Shown one piece after another: positions 1 to 11,506 of a DNA stretch of 64,000 nt (positions within the stretch are counted from its first letter, which is position 1; each line of letters opens with the position of its first letter). Position numbers and translations under genes: made by a program. The DNA comes from Guillardia theta CCMP2712. Its lineage: Eukaryota > Protista > Cryptophyta. Where the stretch lies: contig NW_005434666.1 in NCBI RefSeq assembly GCF_000315625.1, forward strand, positions 946,333 to 1,010,332, in the 5' to 3' direction. The notes under the pieces are model-generated. The model had not been told where the DNA came from. It made no database searches and saw only the letters and a list, made by a program, of their open reading frames with translations.

Positions 1-698
1 TCCAAGAAGCTGTTGAGTACTACAGGAGGACGCAGAGGCAGTTGTACATCCAAGTTGCCAACATGCAGAAGGAACAGGACGATGATGTCAGGAAGCTGGC
101 AGAAAGGGAAGCGACGTTGGGATTCTTTCACCAGGACCTCGTTGCTCAGGTGTTCGTCCTGTATGCCATGGCGCAGGCGCAGAGCTACAGGGGCTCGGGA
201 CCAGCGACGTCAAGGCTGCTGGAGATGATGGAGCAAGAAGAGTCAGCTCAAGCGTTTGTGTTCCTGGGGTTGTCGAGCCTGTGTGAAGATCAAGACAGGA
301 AGGAAGCGGTCTGCAAGGAGTGTGATAGGATTCTCCCTCAGTTGATCAAGGTTATGAACGGAGGAGGGCTGAGGTCGAGGAGGTACGCAACGCTGCTCAT
401 GATGAGCCTGTGCAAGACGGATCAAGGGAGGAGGCGGGTGTGCGATCGGAAGGAAGTCGTCCAGATGGTGCTTCACATGCTGTCCGATCGAGATGCTCTT
501 ACTGTGAAGTATGCAATCCATGCACTCTGGTGGCTCCACTCCGATCGTTCCCTCAGGAAGAAAGCTGTCGCTGCTGCCAAGGACGTGAATGTCTATGAAG
601 CTCTGCGCGACCTCAGAGCACAGGATGACATCACGACGGCCCTCGCGTTGGAGGTGAGGAGGTTATACAACACAGATGAGAAAGTTTCCGACGTTTGA
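1..698 (+). CDS. ARM/HEAT-like helical repeat protein, 3' part (5' end probably outside window)
   Basis: Open frame from the window edge to TGA 696-698; ARM-like segments (ILPQLIKVMNGG..RRYATLLMMSLC, VVQMVLHMLSD..VKYAIHALWWL). Confidence 0.6.
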   Translation, partial: QEAVEYYRRTQRQLYIQVANMQKEQDDDVRKLAEREATLGFFHQDLVAQVFVLYAMAQAQSYRGSGPATSRLLEMMEQEESAQAFVFLGLSSLCEDQDRKEAVCKECDRILPQLIKVMNGGGLRSRRYATLLMMSLCKTDQGRRRVCDRKEVVQMVLHMLSDRDALTVKYAIHALWWLHSDRSLRKKAVAAAKDVNVYEALRDLRAQDDITTALALEVRRLYNTDEKVSDV

Positions 699-822
699 TC
701 GCGCTCAAGGCGATGTAAGAGAATGTTTACACCAAGTGAAGAAGTCCCTTCTGTCTGTCTCCAAGGTATGACAACATTGACATGTACCATCTATTGACTA
801 TCAGTGAATAAATTGTTGATCT

Positions 823-1780
823 TCATAATGTGCACCCGGCCTGGAGCAAGGTCAAGAGCAGAAATCCCGATTTTGTCGTTGTGTTGCGACTTGACATCTG
901 ACCTTGTTCAACCGGCGCTTCCCCTTCGTCAAGACTCGTCATCATCCTTGTCATCCTACGATCTCGGTCGTTGAGAGCCTCCTGGGTGGCTGCAGCGACG
1001 TCAGGGTGACAGCGAGTCTCACTTGCACACACCTGTCAACGATTCCTGCAGCCTTTTGATCTCCTGCTGCATGACTTGCTCTCTTCTCTACATCCTCGTC
1101 AGGTCCTCATCCATCGCCGAGCGCGACGTACCTGAAGGCTCTCACGGAACGCCGCCACCTCCCCCTCGAGCAAGTCCGTCACTTCATCGCGCTGTCGAAC
1201 TTGTCTTCGCAGCTCCTCAATCTCTGCATTCAGCTTCTCGTTCTCGCTCTTCATCTTCCCATTCTCCTCCTCCAGAGCTTCGCATCTGGTATTCTTCTGG
1301 TCCAGCTCCTCTGAGAGCTGCCTGCACAACCACGTCAACAGCGCAAGGAGCGCGGGGCAGCATGGCGCTACCGCAGACTGTCCTTGGCCAGCCTGAGGTT
1401 GTTGTGGAGGTCGTCAGCTTCATCGCACTTGGCTTGTAGGAGGTCACGGAAGTGCGCAAACTCAGCAGCCGACGGCGCCTGCAGGCGATGAGCGGGAGGG
1501 GAGGAGGGGAGAAGGAAGGGAGGAGCACAGGAGGAAGGGAGGAGGAGGAATGGAGCAGATGAAGTGGCGGCGAGGAAGGGAGGAAGAGGGACGGAGCAGA
1601 AGAAGTGGATGCGAAAAGGAGAGGAGGGTTCCAACCTTGGCCGGGGTAGAGCTCTTGACGCTGGCAGGGGAGTCAGGAGCCTGTCAAGGATGTCAAGGTA
1701 TCAGAATCTGAGGGAGGAGCAGCGATTTGCCCGACCTCGTTCCCTCCAGCTTTGCCGTCTTTCTTCCGCTTGCTCCACAT
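823..1780 (-). CDS. Multi-exon coiled-coil hypothetical protein
   Basis: ATG at 1780 (MWSKRKKTAK); GT-AG introns link exons AEFAHFRDLLQAKCDEADDL and QLSEELDQKNTRCEALEEENGKMKSENEKLNAEIEELRRQ (heptad pattern). Confidence 0.6.
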
Positions 1781-2107
1781 GATGGCAGACTTCCCAGGAA
1801 CTCTTTCGATTGCCGCTCACTCCTGTCTCACCAGCACGAGCACATCGCTCCTTTCATGGCTCGGAGCTCCTCTTCCCTCCTCACTCTTCTCCTCCACTCT
1901 CCTCTCCCCTCCCCTCCCCTCCCACCTTCTCCTCTCGTCCCCCTGCTCTGCTCCACTATCCCCTCCTCACGCCCTCCCTTCCCTTCAGCTCTACAACCTC
2001 TCTCCTCCTCTCGCTCCTCGTCGCGTCTCCTGCCCCCGCGAGCGCCCGATGGACATTTCCGTTTTTACTTTTTCTGTCCCGCCTCAAATCCCTCGCCTCA
2101 GGTCGGC

Positions 2108-3037
2108 ATGCGCGCAAGCAGCATGATACTGCTCTCGCTCATGCCCTCCCTCCTGAGCTGCTCCAGCAGGGTCGCTGCCTTCACTCGCCCTGTCCTCTCC
2201 TCCATCCCCACCAGTCAGGCACGTACGCGACTTTCCACAAGCAGCAGCTCCATGTGCTCAAAGATCGAGACGTTCCACCCTCGGCAGACGGTGAGAGGCT
2301 TTTCTTCATGGCCGGCGGCTGACGTGCAGCATGGCGCCTCCTCGCATCTAGGCTGAGTCCTCGCTGGATGTCAAGTGGAAGAATCCAACGAGCATCCATG
2401 TTGTGCTCGGATCCAAGTCGTTCACGCGGCAGCTGCTGGTGGGACATGCTGGTCGTGAGCATGGCGAGAATAGACTGACGGCGAGCAGCTCAAGGAGATG
2501 GAAGTGGAGTACGAATGCTTCCCGCCAACATTGACGAGAAGGCCATCCGCTCGGAAGATCCTGAGGTAGTATGCTCCTGTCCTGCTCCTCTCAACGTCTC
2601 CTCCTCACGTCTCTTCCTCCAGAAGCTGGTGCTGGCGCTGGCAAATGCCAAGGCAGACGCGCTGTTACAGCGTCACTGCAAGGATGGGAAATGGTGAATC
2701 TTGATGGAGGTCTGGCGAGAGAGGTGCTCACAAGCGCCATGCTCCCCGAACAGGACCGGAAGCGAGCAAGTGGACGAGAGCAAAGTCACGCTGCTGCTGA
2801 CCAGCGACCAGGTTCGATCGCATCCTGACCAGCGTCACCAACTGAGGCTGCGAAGGTGGTTGTGCATGAGGGAAGGATACTCGAGAAGCCGGAGGACCAG
2901 GAGGAGGCGAGGTCTTTCATATCGGGGTATGGAAGGAGTCCTCCCTCCACAGTGGGTGCGATAGCGGTCACCAACGTTGCGACGGGGAAGCGGGTTACGT
3001 CGCTTGACAAGGCGACGATAGTTTTCAAGTAGGAGAT

Positions 3038-3086
<49 letters not shown>

Positions 3087-3251
3087 GTGATGGTGATGGT
3101 GATGGTGGTGGTGGTGGTGGTGGTGATGGTGGTGGTGGTGATGATAATGATGATGATGATGGCGATGATGATGATGGCAATGATGATGGCGATGATGATG
3201 ATGATGGCGATGATGATGATGATGATGGCGATGATGATTATGATGATGATA

Positions 3252-3295
<44 letters not shown>

Positions 3296-3663
3296 AGTAG
3301 TGACTTCTGACGGGTGTGTAGCTCAATCCCCTCCGACGTGATCGAAGAGATTGTGAAGGATGACATGACGCTGCACTGTGCTGGTGATCGCGACCAGTCG
3401 TCCTCCCTGTCCCCTGCCTCTGATCCTCCTTGCAGGAGGGCTCATGGTTGAAGATCCCAGGATCCAGCCCTACCTCGTCAGGATCGAAGGAGGTGGCGGG
3501 TAGGGTTGAGGCAAGGAACAAAGTTCTGACTGTGGGAGTGTCCAGGAATGGACTCTGTGATGGGTTTGGGTAAACGGACCACAAGGTTTTCCGAAGACTC
3601 TTCTGGTCACCAGTGCGACTGACAACTTGTTCTAGGTCCTTGTTAGAGTCTGTCTTGCAGTGA
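2108..3663 (+). CDS. maf: Maf-family nucleotide pyrophosphatase (YceF / 7-methyl-GTP type) with bipartite plastid leader; apparent 1-nt frameshift near 2520
   Basis: Spliced exons give VVLGSKSFTR, PANIDEKAIRSEDPEKLVLALANAKA, LLLTSDQVVVHEGRILEKP, CAGGLMVE, GMDSVMGL. The N-terminus is a signal peptide ending in VAA-F followed by an S/T/R-rich transit peptide. Confidence 0.9.
3036..3295. repeat. (GAT/GGT)n microsatellite inside a Maf intron
   Basis: Direct reading; bounded by the GT donor near 3029 and AG acceptor near 3321. Confidence 0.95.
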
Positions 3664-3689
3664 GAAGTTTGTTGCTGACTAATAAACCA

Positions 3690-3940
3690 CCGTCACCTGC
3701 GGCGGGCAGCGACTACCCGGTGTACCGGCCCGGGTCCGATCAATGCCGCTGCAATTCGACGAAGCGCGCCGTAGCGGAGCAGACTCGGCAGGCATTGGTG
3801 GCTTAGCCGGCGGCCGCCCGGCCCGGCCGGTCCCGGTGCCACCGTGACCACGGTGACTCAGTCGGACCGGACGTCCGACCCGGCGTCACTGGCGGCCGCG
3901 GCCGGCCGAGACTGACTGGCCCGAGAGTCTGGGGCCAATT
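3690..3940. promoter_or_regulatory. GC/CCG-rich island with TGACTCA (3854-3860) upstream of TFIIA-gamma
   Basis: Dense CCGG/CCCGG and GTGAC/GACTCA motifs ending about 50 bp before ATG 3994. Confidence 0.5.
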
Positions 3941-3993
3941 GTAACGGAAAGCAACTGTGAGAAGAGACCGTAACGGGTGCAACGGCAGCTGCT

Positions 3994-4961
3994 ATGGCAG
4001 AGGACGGCGTCAATCTGCAGCACTATCAAGGATGCGGTGAAGCAGCTTTCTCCTCCTACCTCGCCGACTCCTCCTCCTCCTCCTCCTCCTCCTCCTCCTC
4101 CTCCTCCTCCTCCTCCTCCTCCTCCTCCTATCCTTCCTCTCCTCCTGCTCTCCCTCTCCATCCCTCGTAACTGTCTCATCCCCCACATCACTGTTTCCCT
4201 CAAACCGCAATGCCTGACAGTCGCTTCTTGGCACAGCCCTTGGACAGGCGTTGAAGGAGGCGATAGATGAGCTCAGGTAACTCAGCATGCAACTCTATCA
4301 AGCTAGGTGATCGTGAACTCCTGCTGGTACTCACGTGGAGCCTTGCTCCTGCTGCGGTACAGGGCGAACGGGACTATGGAAGATCACCATGAGAACATTG
4401 TGCTCGGATGTTTCGACAAGTCGATAACCGATTCTCTTGGAGGAGGTAATTGGAGCAGACTCATTGCTTCTCCTGTGCTGTAGCTTCTTCAACTCCATGC
4501 TGTTCCACACCACCTTGTCCAACTTTGCAGTTTTGCCGCGATTTGATCATCTGATAACATTCCAGACGGCATCTTCAAGAAATCAGAAGAGTTGGAAGAA
4601 TGGTTCTTCTCTATCCTTGGTTTCTCATTGAGAGATTGATGATGGTTGAAGGTATGGGAGGACAAAGCTGACCATCAAGGGTCACCTGCAAATGTTTCGC
4701 GGGGTGGACAATGTTTGGACCCTGGTGCGATGTCGCTGAGATCTCCTCCTCTTCTTGATCCTCCTTGCAGGTGCTGACAGAAGGCAAGACGGGAAACAGA
4801 GCAGGAGACAATCGCAAGGTGCCATGGCTGACAGCGTTTCTTCACGCGAGCTGCTTGCTCATACGACCTCTTTACAGGTCTCAATACGCGTCGAGCCGGG
4901 AGACACCGAGTACAACGTCGATGCTCTAAAGATCGTTGCGATGCAGAGAGCTGAACCTTAG
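3994..4961 (+). CDS. TOA2: Transcription initiation factor IIA gamma (small) subunit
   Basis: Not in ORF track. Spliced exons give MAEDGVNLQHYQGCALGQALKEAIDELRANG..IVLGCFDKSITDSL..TKLTIKGHLQMFRGVDNVWTLVL..YNVDALKIVAM, matching TFIIA-gamma motifs (LG.SL.ESLDEL, FDKAI, G.L.TYRFCDNVWTFVL, VDKVKIVAC). Confidence 0.88.
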
Positions 4962-5095
4962 GATGCGATGGTCGTTTGTTGTGGGCTTGCATTTTCTAGT
5001 CTGATATCATAGAGTCCCTTGTCAGTGTAGCCGAATGTAGGGGGTGACACAGTTAGTTTTGTCTTTACAGGTGGTTTGGAAAAAATCCTGTTGCT

Positions 5096-5769
5096 CTAGA
5101 ACCTGTTGTTGTCCAGTGCGCCGTATGATACAGTGATTGACCGCAAGATGTACTGCACTGCCATGAGCAGGAGCACAGGAAAGGATTTGCATCGCACCTG
5201 TCCTTCGTTGGCGAGCGCTGGTAGGATGTAGGGGTAGATGGGCTGTGGGTACGTTTCACTTCGCCCGCCAAAGGCCGAGTCAGAGTTTCACCTGCACCAC
5301 TGTTCCTTGCCAGCTGCCTCCGTACTGGAGAGTTGAGGTGAGAAGAGGACGCAAACTGGTCGAGTTACCGTCGTGCAGTCAACCTCGGACAAGCTCCCCT
5401 CGCAAGTCGTGTTGTGGTTGGAGCAGAAGCAGCTCCCGATACTGCCTGCTGTCAGACCCTCTCGCATTCATGCTGAAGAGCTTCACCTGTGAGCCTGGAG
5501 GACAGAGTTCCCAACTCCCCGGACGACCTGTAGGCTGTTGCCCTCGTACGCCACTACTTGCATGAGCTCGGATTCCACCAGCACGTAGAAGCTGCGAGTG
5601 AGTGTGACAGAGGAACACAAACACGTTCACCCTCCCGCTCACCTCTCGCAGTCTCTGCAGATTGTCGTTTGATCGATACCCGCGACTGAAGCATTCAAAA
5701 CCTCGATGCTGGTCTGGCTGGAGTTGATGTTTTGTGCCTGAACCACGACATAAGACACAAGTCCTTCAT

Positions 5770-5859
<90 letters not shown>

Positions 5860-8800
5860 ACCACAGTCCCTCATGCCTCCCATCTGCTCCTGGCCTTGCT
5901 CCTGCTCCTGCTTCCCTAAAAGAAAAAAATGGCCCCACCAGGTAGGTGTACCCCGATCCTCTGAGGAACTTCGATCGAGCATGTTCTTCAGAGCCAACCG
6001 CGTCGAGGTAGGGGAAGCAGCGAGGATGCTGCGGGTGAAGAGCACAACTGAAGGGAAAGTTCAGAGTTGCTGCAGCCTACAATCTCTACCTCTCAGCTCT
6101 CACCTGAGCGCCTGCCGGGGCTCGTCGATCTCGATGAGGATTTCAAGGAGGTTGTCCGACAGAACGTCTCGTGCCAGCTCGAAGGGGAGACGGACGCTGT
6201 CGATGATAGGCTTCGTTGAATCATAGCCGTCGTATGAGTCTCTGCACTGGAGCAGCAGTCAGCTCATGCGTCCATCGTCTCTCCTGTTGACCCTCCTGTT
6301 TCCCTTCCTCTCTCTCTCCCTCTTCTCACACTCTCTGCCTCCTCCTCTCTCCCCTCCTCTCTCCTGCTGTTCTCACCTGCCAGCTGCAGTCAGGGGATCC
6401 GAACAAGTGCCCCAGGGTTCGCATATCTCCTTCTCCCAGCCGGACTCGCAGCCAGTTATCGCTGCGGAAGGGGAAGGGGACTGTGGCTTCGACGAAGATG
6501 GTGACGTCACTTGCAGGAATTCCCTTGGTGGAGATGGAGAACGGATAGCTTGCGTTGATGGGAGAGCGGATGCAAGACTTGGAGCTGCGGCAGTAGCAAG
6601 TGCCGTCTGCCTGCTTCCTCGCCTGGCCGGCCACGCAGGAAGCTCTCCCCTCTATGCTACAGACACAAGCCTCTGCCGGGTTGGCGCACGTGCCGTCGGC
6701 GATGAAGGGCTGGTAGCAGACGCCGGGGGAGGCGGACATGGAGGAGAAGCTCCAGCACTCGGTGCGGCACTTGGCCACTGAGATGAACTTGCGCTTGTTG
6801 GCCGGGCCAACAGCGGAGCACTCCCACCAGTCGTCGCAGTACTGAAGCTCGCGCTCTATGGGCCTTCCCATGAGCCCGAGCACCCCCATCCCCTCCTTGA
6901 GGCTGGTCACCGAGCAGGAGAGGGGGGGGTAGAGGATGGAGGCCTCGTTGAGGACTAGCTGGTCGGGGTGTCCGCTGGCATCGGGCTCTCCCCGCAGGAA
7001 GACGTCGATCTTGGTCCTGGCGTGGAACTGAGCAGCCGTAGCCTGAGCCATAAGGAGGAAGTTACTGCGAGAGATCCGACTCGTTTCAAATTCTGTCACG
7101 CTCCTTACAGGACCCGAGCCCAACACCTGCCCAGCTCCGGCGAAGAGCATAGCGACGAGGGAGGAAGGGCTCCCCGGGCTGGAGGCGGAGGAGTTGATAT
7201 AGACGCCGACCCAAGTGTTCACAGGCTGCAGGACACCAGTAGCATTCATCGTGATCGCCCCGTCGTCTGCAGCTGGGATCACCTTGGGAATACTGAGGGT
7301 TTCGAAGTATCCAGAGGTTCGGTCGGGGGCCCTGGCGATGCCGGGGAAGCGGACGGCGCTGTAGGAGTAACACCCTCCAACACTGAACTCGATGGTAGCA
7401 GAAACGAGCCTGACGGTTGTAGCGAGGTTTGAGGCAGCTACACCCAGTCCGATCTTGAGTCGGCGGTCCGCGGAGTAGACAGACATAAGGGAGCGAGGGA
7501 CGACTACCCCGTCTGTGACGACATAGGGTTCAACAACCTCATCCTTCATGAAGATGGAGGCATTGGTGCTGTTCACATTCGGAATGTTTGAGCACTCTCC
7601 CGAGCCGTCGTTGCCACATGCACTGGCAGTTACAGAGAAGTCATTCGCAGTAACGAACAGCCTTCCGAGCTCCTCCCCCTTCTCTCCGTAGACAGAGACG
7701 TACTTGTCCTCTCCCAGCAGGTCCCCTGAGGCCTCGATCACTAGGGATGCATCAGAGCAAATCTGCGGGATGCTGGGGAACTCAATGTACTCTAGCCAAG
7801 GTCGGATCAGGTCCGTGTTGAAGGTCGTGGTTGCCACTGCCGGCCTTACTGTCAGCCTGGACTTCAACTCGGCCGAGCAAGTTGCTGTGCCTATAGTTTG
7901 CTGCACGTTCGCTGACTGTTCGGAGGGCGGCGAGAGAGGGGCAAGACCTCCTTCCAAGACCAGAGGATTCTTCAACCAAGACCGTTCCTCCACCCCGTCA
8001 TAGTATCCGGCTCGGATTTTCAACCCGCTCAAGCTCGTCAAGACCTGAAGGATCTCAAAGTTCTGGGCAGGTTTGCCTGTCTTCAGGTTGTACCATCTTG
8101 CTGGCCCTCCAACACAGTTCCTGTCGCAGCAGTCTTCGTTGGTCTGACATCTGTCGTTCATCCCAGCGCAAACGCTTGAACTTGACCCACTCTTACAAAA
8201 CTTCTGGAAAGGCTCCGCAGAGAAAGTCACGTTGTACACTCTGTTCATTGAATCCCCGGTGTACACATACCTTGCTCCGAGTTGAATCTTCTTCTTCTTC
8301 GACTCTATGATCACATCAGCCTGCTTGCTGTTGTTCTTTAACTCGCCATTGAAGAAGTAGTGACCAAAGTTATACTGCAGTACTCCATTCATGAACGCTC
8401 GCTTGTCCCCGAGAAACTTGGCAGGAGCTGTGAAGTACCAATATACATTTCCCTTGTCTACTCCCTTGATCCGCTGCGTCACTCGATCTACGTCGAGCTG
8501 TATCGGATTCCCCACAAGCTTCCCATCCCACGTTGCATACCATCCGTCTGCATCACGAAAGAATGCACTTTCAACTAAAATATCACCTGGCGCTCCACGT
8601 ACAGGTGATACAAGCATGCAGTGCATCACAGCTAACAACGACAAAGTCGCAGGTATGGTTTGAAAGCAGCATGTTCGTTTCTTAGTCAAGATATTCGATT
8701 TGACGGCTGAATGGATGTTCGTAGTGTGCAGCACAAGGTCTGTTGGACGTGTTGTGACATCGTGGAGGTGCATTCCCCGGTGACGAGAGATCTTCGGGTA

Positions 8801-9076
8801 TGAGCGTCGGTCAAAACTTTCGGATCCGCTTCTCTTCGCAGATGATCCATTGAAGTCGATCGAACTTTCTCCTGCGGCAGCCCATTGACGGTCGTCACCA
8901 AGGCTCGACCCTGCGAGGGTTCGAGATGACGAGCAGGATACAGACGATGCACAGGAGGAGGAGGAGGAGGAGGAGGAGGAGGAGGAGGAGGAGCAGGAGG
9001 AGCAGGAGGAGGAGCAGGAGGAGGAGCAGGAGCGATGGTGCGACTTCAGTCGATTTATCAGCGCCATCGGGATCAT
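5096..9076 (-). CDS. Large secreted/surface protein: laminin IV (laminin B)-like domain, Cys-rich segments and repeated beta-rich domains
   Basis: 929-aa open exon with hydrophobic signal/anchor (LSLLAVMHCMLVSPVRG) and YWYFTAPAKFLGDKRAF..LQYNF..ADVIIES..LQVLTSLSGLKIRAGYY (laminin IV). Further small exons run to a TAG at 5096-5098. Start codon uncertain. Confidence 0.7.
5771..5858. repeat. (CTGCTC)n microsatellite, intronic
   Basis: Direct reading. Confidence 0.95.
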
Positions 9077-9144
9077 GTCCCAAACCGACGTAACGGCTCG
9101 AAACGGTCTGTTCAACCACCATCAACGGTCAAAAGGAATTCACC

Positions 9145-11418
9145 ATGGCGATGCTCGGGGAGGAGGAGTTGGAGGCTGCGCTAATGGCGTACTGCAAGAG
9201 CGTGGGAGGAGGAGGAGGAGGAGGAGCATCTGAAGAGTCTTTCGCCAAAGGTATCGGTGGGTCGAAGGAGGATCACATAGCAGAGAAGGTTTGCCCCTGC
9301 TCCCTCCAACACATTCATGACTGATCCGCTCCTGCGCAGGTGGCAGGGGAGGTCCTGCGAAGCGCCGGATCGCAGCCCTCGGACGAGGCTGGCAAGGAGA
9401 GCAACACTACCTTGTTCGAAAAGTGGATCTATGGCACATCAGCAGCAGCGAAGGAGGCGCTGAAGGGGAAGGCGGCTCCCCCTGCAGGAGAGTACTCCAA
9501 GGGGAGGTGGATAAGGACACTGAACAATCAAGGGACGTGCTACCTGTACATACACACCTCCACGTACCAAATGCAGGGGACAAGGCCGGAGGACTTCGTC
9601 GATGATGGCAAGCAAGAGGAGGCTGAGGATCCTTACGAGAACTTCCCCTCGTGCTACAAAGACGATATGGATGACGCTGTATGGGCTGTTTACGCATCCC
9701 TTGCCCTGCATCCCCTGCCCTGCCTCCACTCCCCTCACCGTCCTGCCCTGCCCTGCCCTGCCCTGCCCTGCCCTGCCCTGCCCTGCCCTGCCCTGCCCTT
9801 CCCTGCCCTGCCCTGCCCTTCCCTGCCCTGCCCTGCCCTGCCCTGCCCTCCCTCCTCTGCCTCCCCTGCCTCCCCTGCCTCCCCTGCCTCCCCTGCCTCC
9901 CTTTCTCTCTGTCCTCCGCAAAGCCTCCAGAAGAGAGCTTGACAAGTTCTGCTGTAGATTGCAAAGCTTTGGAAGTCCGGGAAGGTGCCTTTGCTGTTGT
10001 GCTGCGGGGACCAGGGGTACGATGAAGTGAAGGTCAGAGCACGAAGAGTTGATCTCGCAGTCTGAGGTTACAGCTGCAGAAACTTCTAACGTCCAGTCCC
10101 AAGAATCAGTTGCTAGACGTTGCCCCTTTCGTGAAGGGAGTCATCGCTACTAAGGTGAACGACTGGCAGGAGGAGGAGACCTTTCACTCAGACCCATCCT
10201 TCCATGCAGATCAAGTTCGCCGACCATGTCGAGACAGCTCGCAAACTTGCGGTGCAGGCGATGAAGGCAGGAGGGATTCTGGTGACTTGTAGCTGCGTTG
10301 TCAAGATGCTCAGGCTTTGGGGCAGGTAATCGACCTTTCGACTATTGGCAGCCCAAACTGGAAAGAGAAGATCTGCCAGGTGGAGGAGTACAAGAAGGTA
10401 AGTTTGAGGAAGAGGAAGTTTGGTGTCTGGAGGAAGAAGGGAGGAGGAGGGAGGGAGGGAGGGAGGGAGAGAGAGAGGGAGGGAGGAGGAGGAGGAGGCG
10501 GATTCTTACAGGATGATATTATCTTCAGTCATTTCCGATCTGGGTCTTGGATCCGAACGCCCACAAGGAGGTTGACAAGCACGGGCAGATCTTTAGGAAG
10601 GAGGAGAAGAAGGACGTAGGAGACAAGGTGAGCCTCTCTCCTCTCCTTGCCTTGGTGATGCCATCCTGTAAGGACTGGGACGAAGCGCTCGCCGAGTCTC
10701 TCCCATCCTTCCGTGCGACTTTTGGGGGATGGAGGCGAAAATTGACGATAAGGGACAGGGATCGTTTACCTGTGCGCGTTCGGTCCAGACAACTATGAGA
10801 AGAATGTGCAGAGTGAGATGCTTCCGCAGGTGAGAAGTTTTTGACTTGCCGCGGGTGAGGATGTGAACTGACGATGATGATGGGTAAGGGGAAATGGAGT
10901 GCTTTGAGAGTGAAACAAGAGGTTTCTTGCTGCTGCCCTGCGTGCTCCCGTCCAAGTGAAGTTGTCCTTGTCCAGTTTGATTCGAAGAGTATCAACCTCA
11001 AGTCTCTCATCGACACTCTCGATTCCATCATTCACGAGAAGGTTGTCTCGTCTGTCGTCACGACTTGATCTGTCTGCATGTTTGCCTGCCTGACTCTCGT
11101 CTCGTTGTTGGATCGAGTTCCGTTAATCTTTATCTTGTGTTCTCTACTCCAGGGCAAGATACCCGTCATCTCAGATCCCACTGAGAACACCGACACCTTT
11201 TTCGCCTTTCAGAACAGCAACGTGAGCTGTCAGTGTTTGCCTGGCTACCCTGACCTGCCGTGGAAGATCATTGAGATGAAATCTGTCATCGTTGCCAAGA
11301 GCTCACAGGGTCTTGAGGTCAGTCGCCTCTCCCACCTCGATCGACTTTTCTTCTGAAGGGATTGCATGCCCCGCTAATGCGCATCTGTCAATGTTTCGTC
11401 TGCTCGTGCTCGTGCTCG

Positions 11419-11506
<88 letters not shown>

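Noticed and set aside
2835-3584. Poly-His / poly-Met ORFs (also 15205-15771, 20495-20833, 26107-26752, 57974-59289, 61943-62655)
   Set aside because: Translations of microsatellites that lack stop codons; most lie inside introns of recognisable genes.
4958-4961. Overlapping stop codons (TTAG) of TFIIA-gamma and the laminin-like gene
   Set aside because: A better splice solution ends the minus-strand gene at 5096-5098 (YILRSITVSYGALDNNRF*), matching its internal repeat pattern.
4331-4992. Minus-strand ORFs (63-105 aa) as a separate gene
   Set aside because: They are antisense to the well-supported spliced TFIIA-gamma gene.
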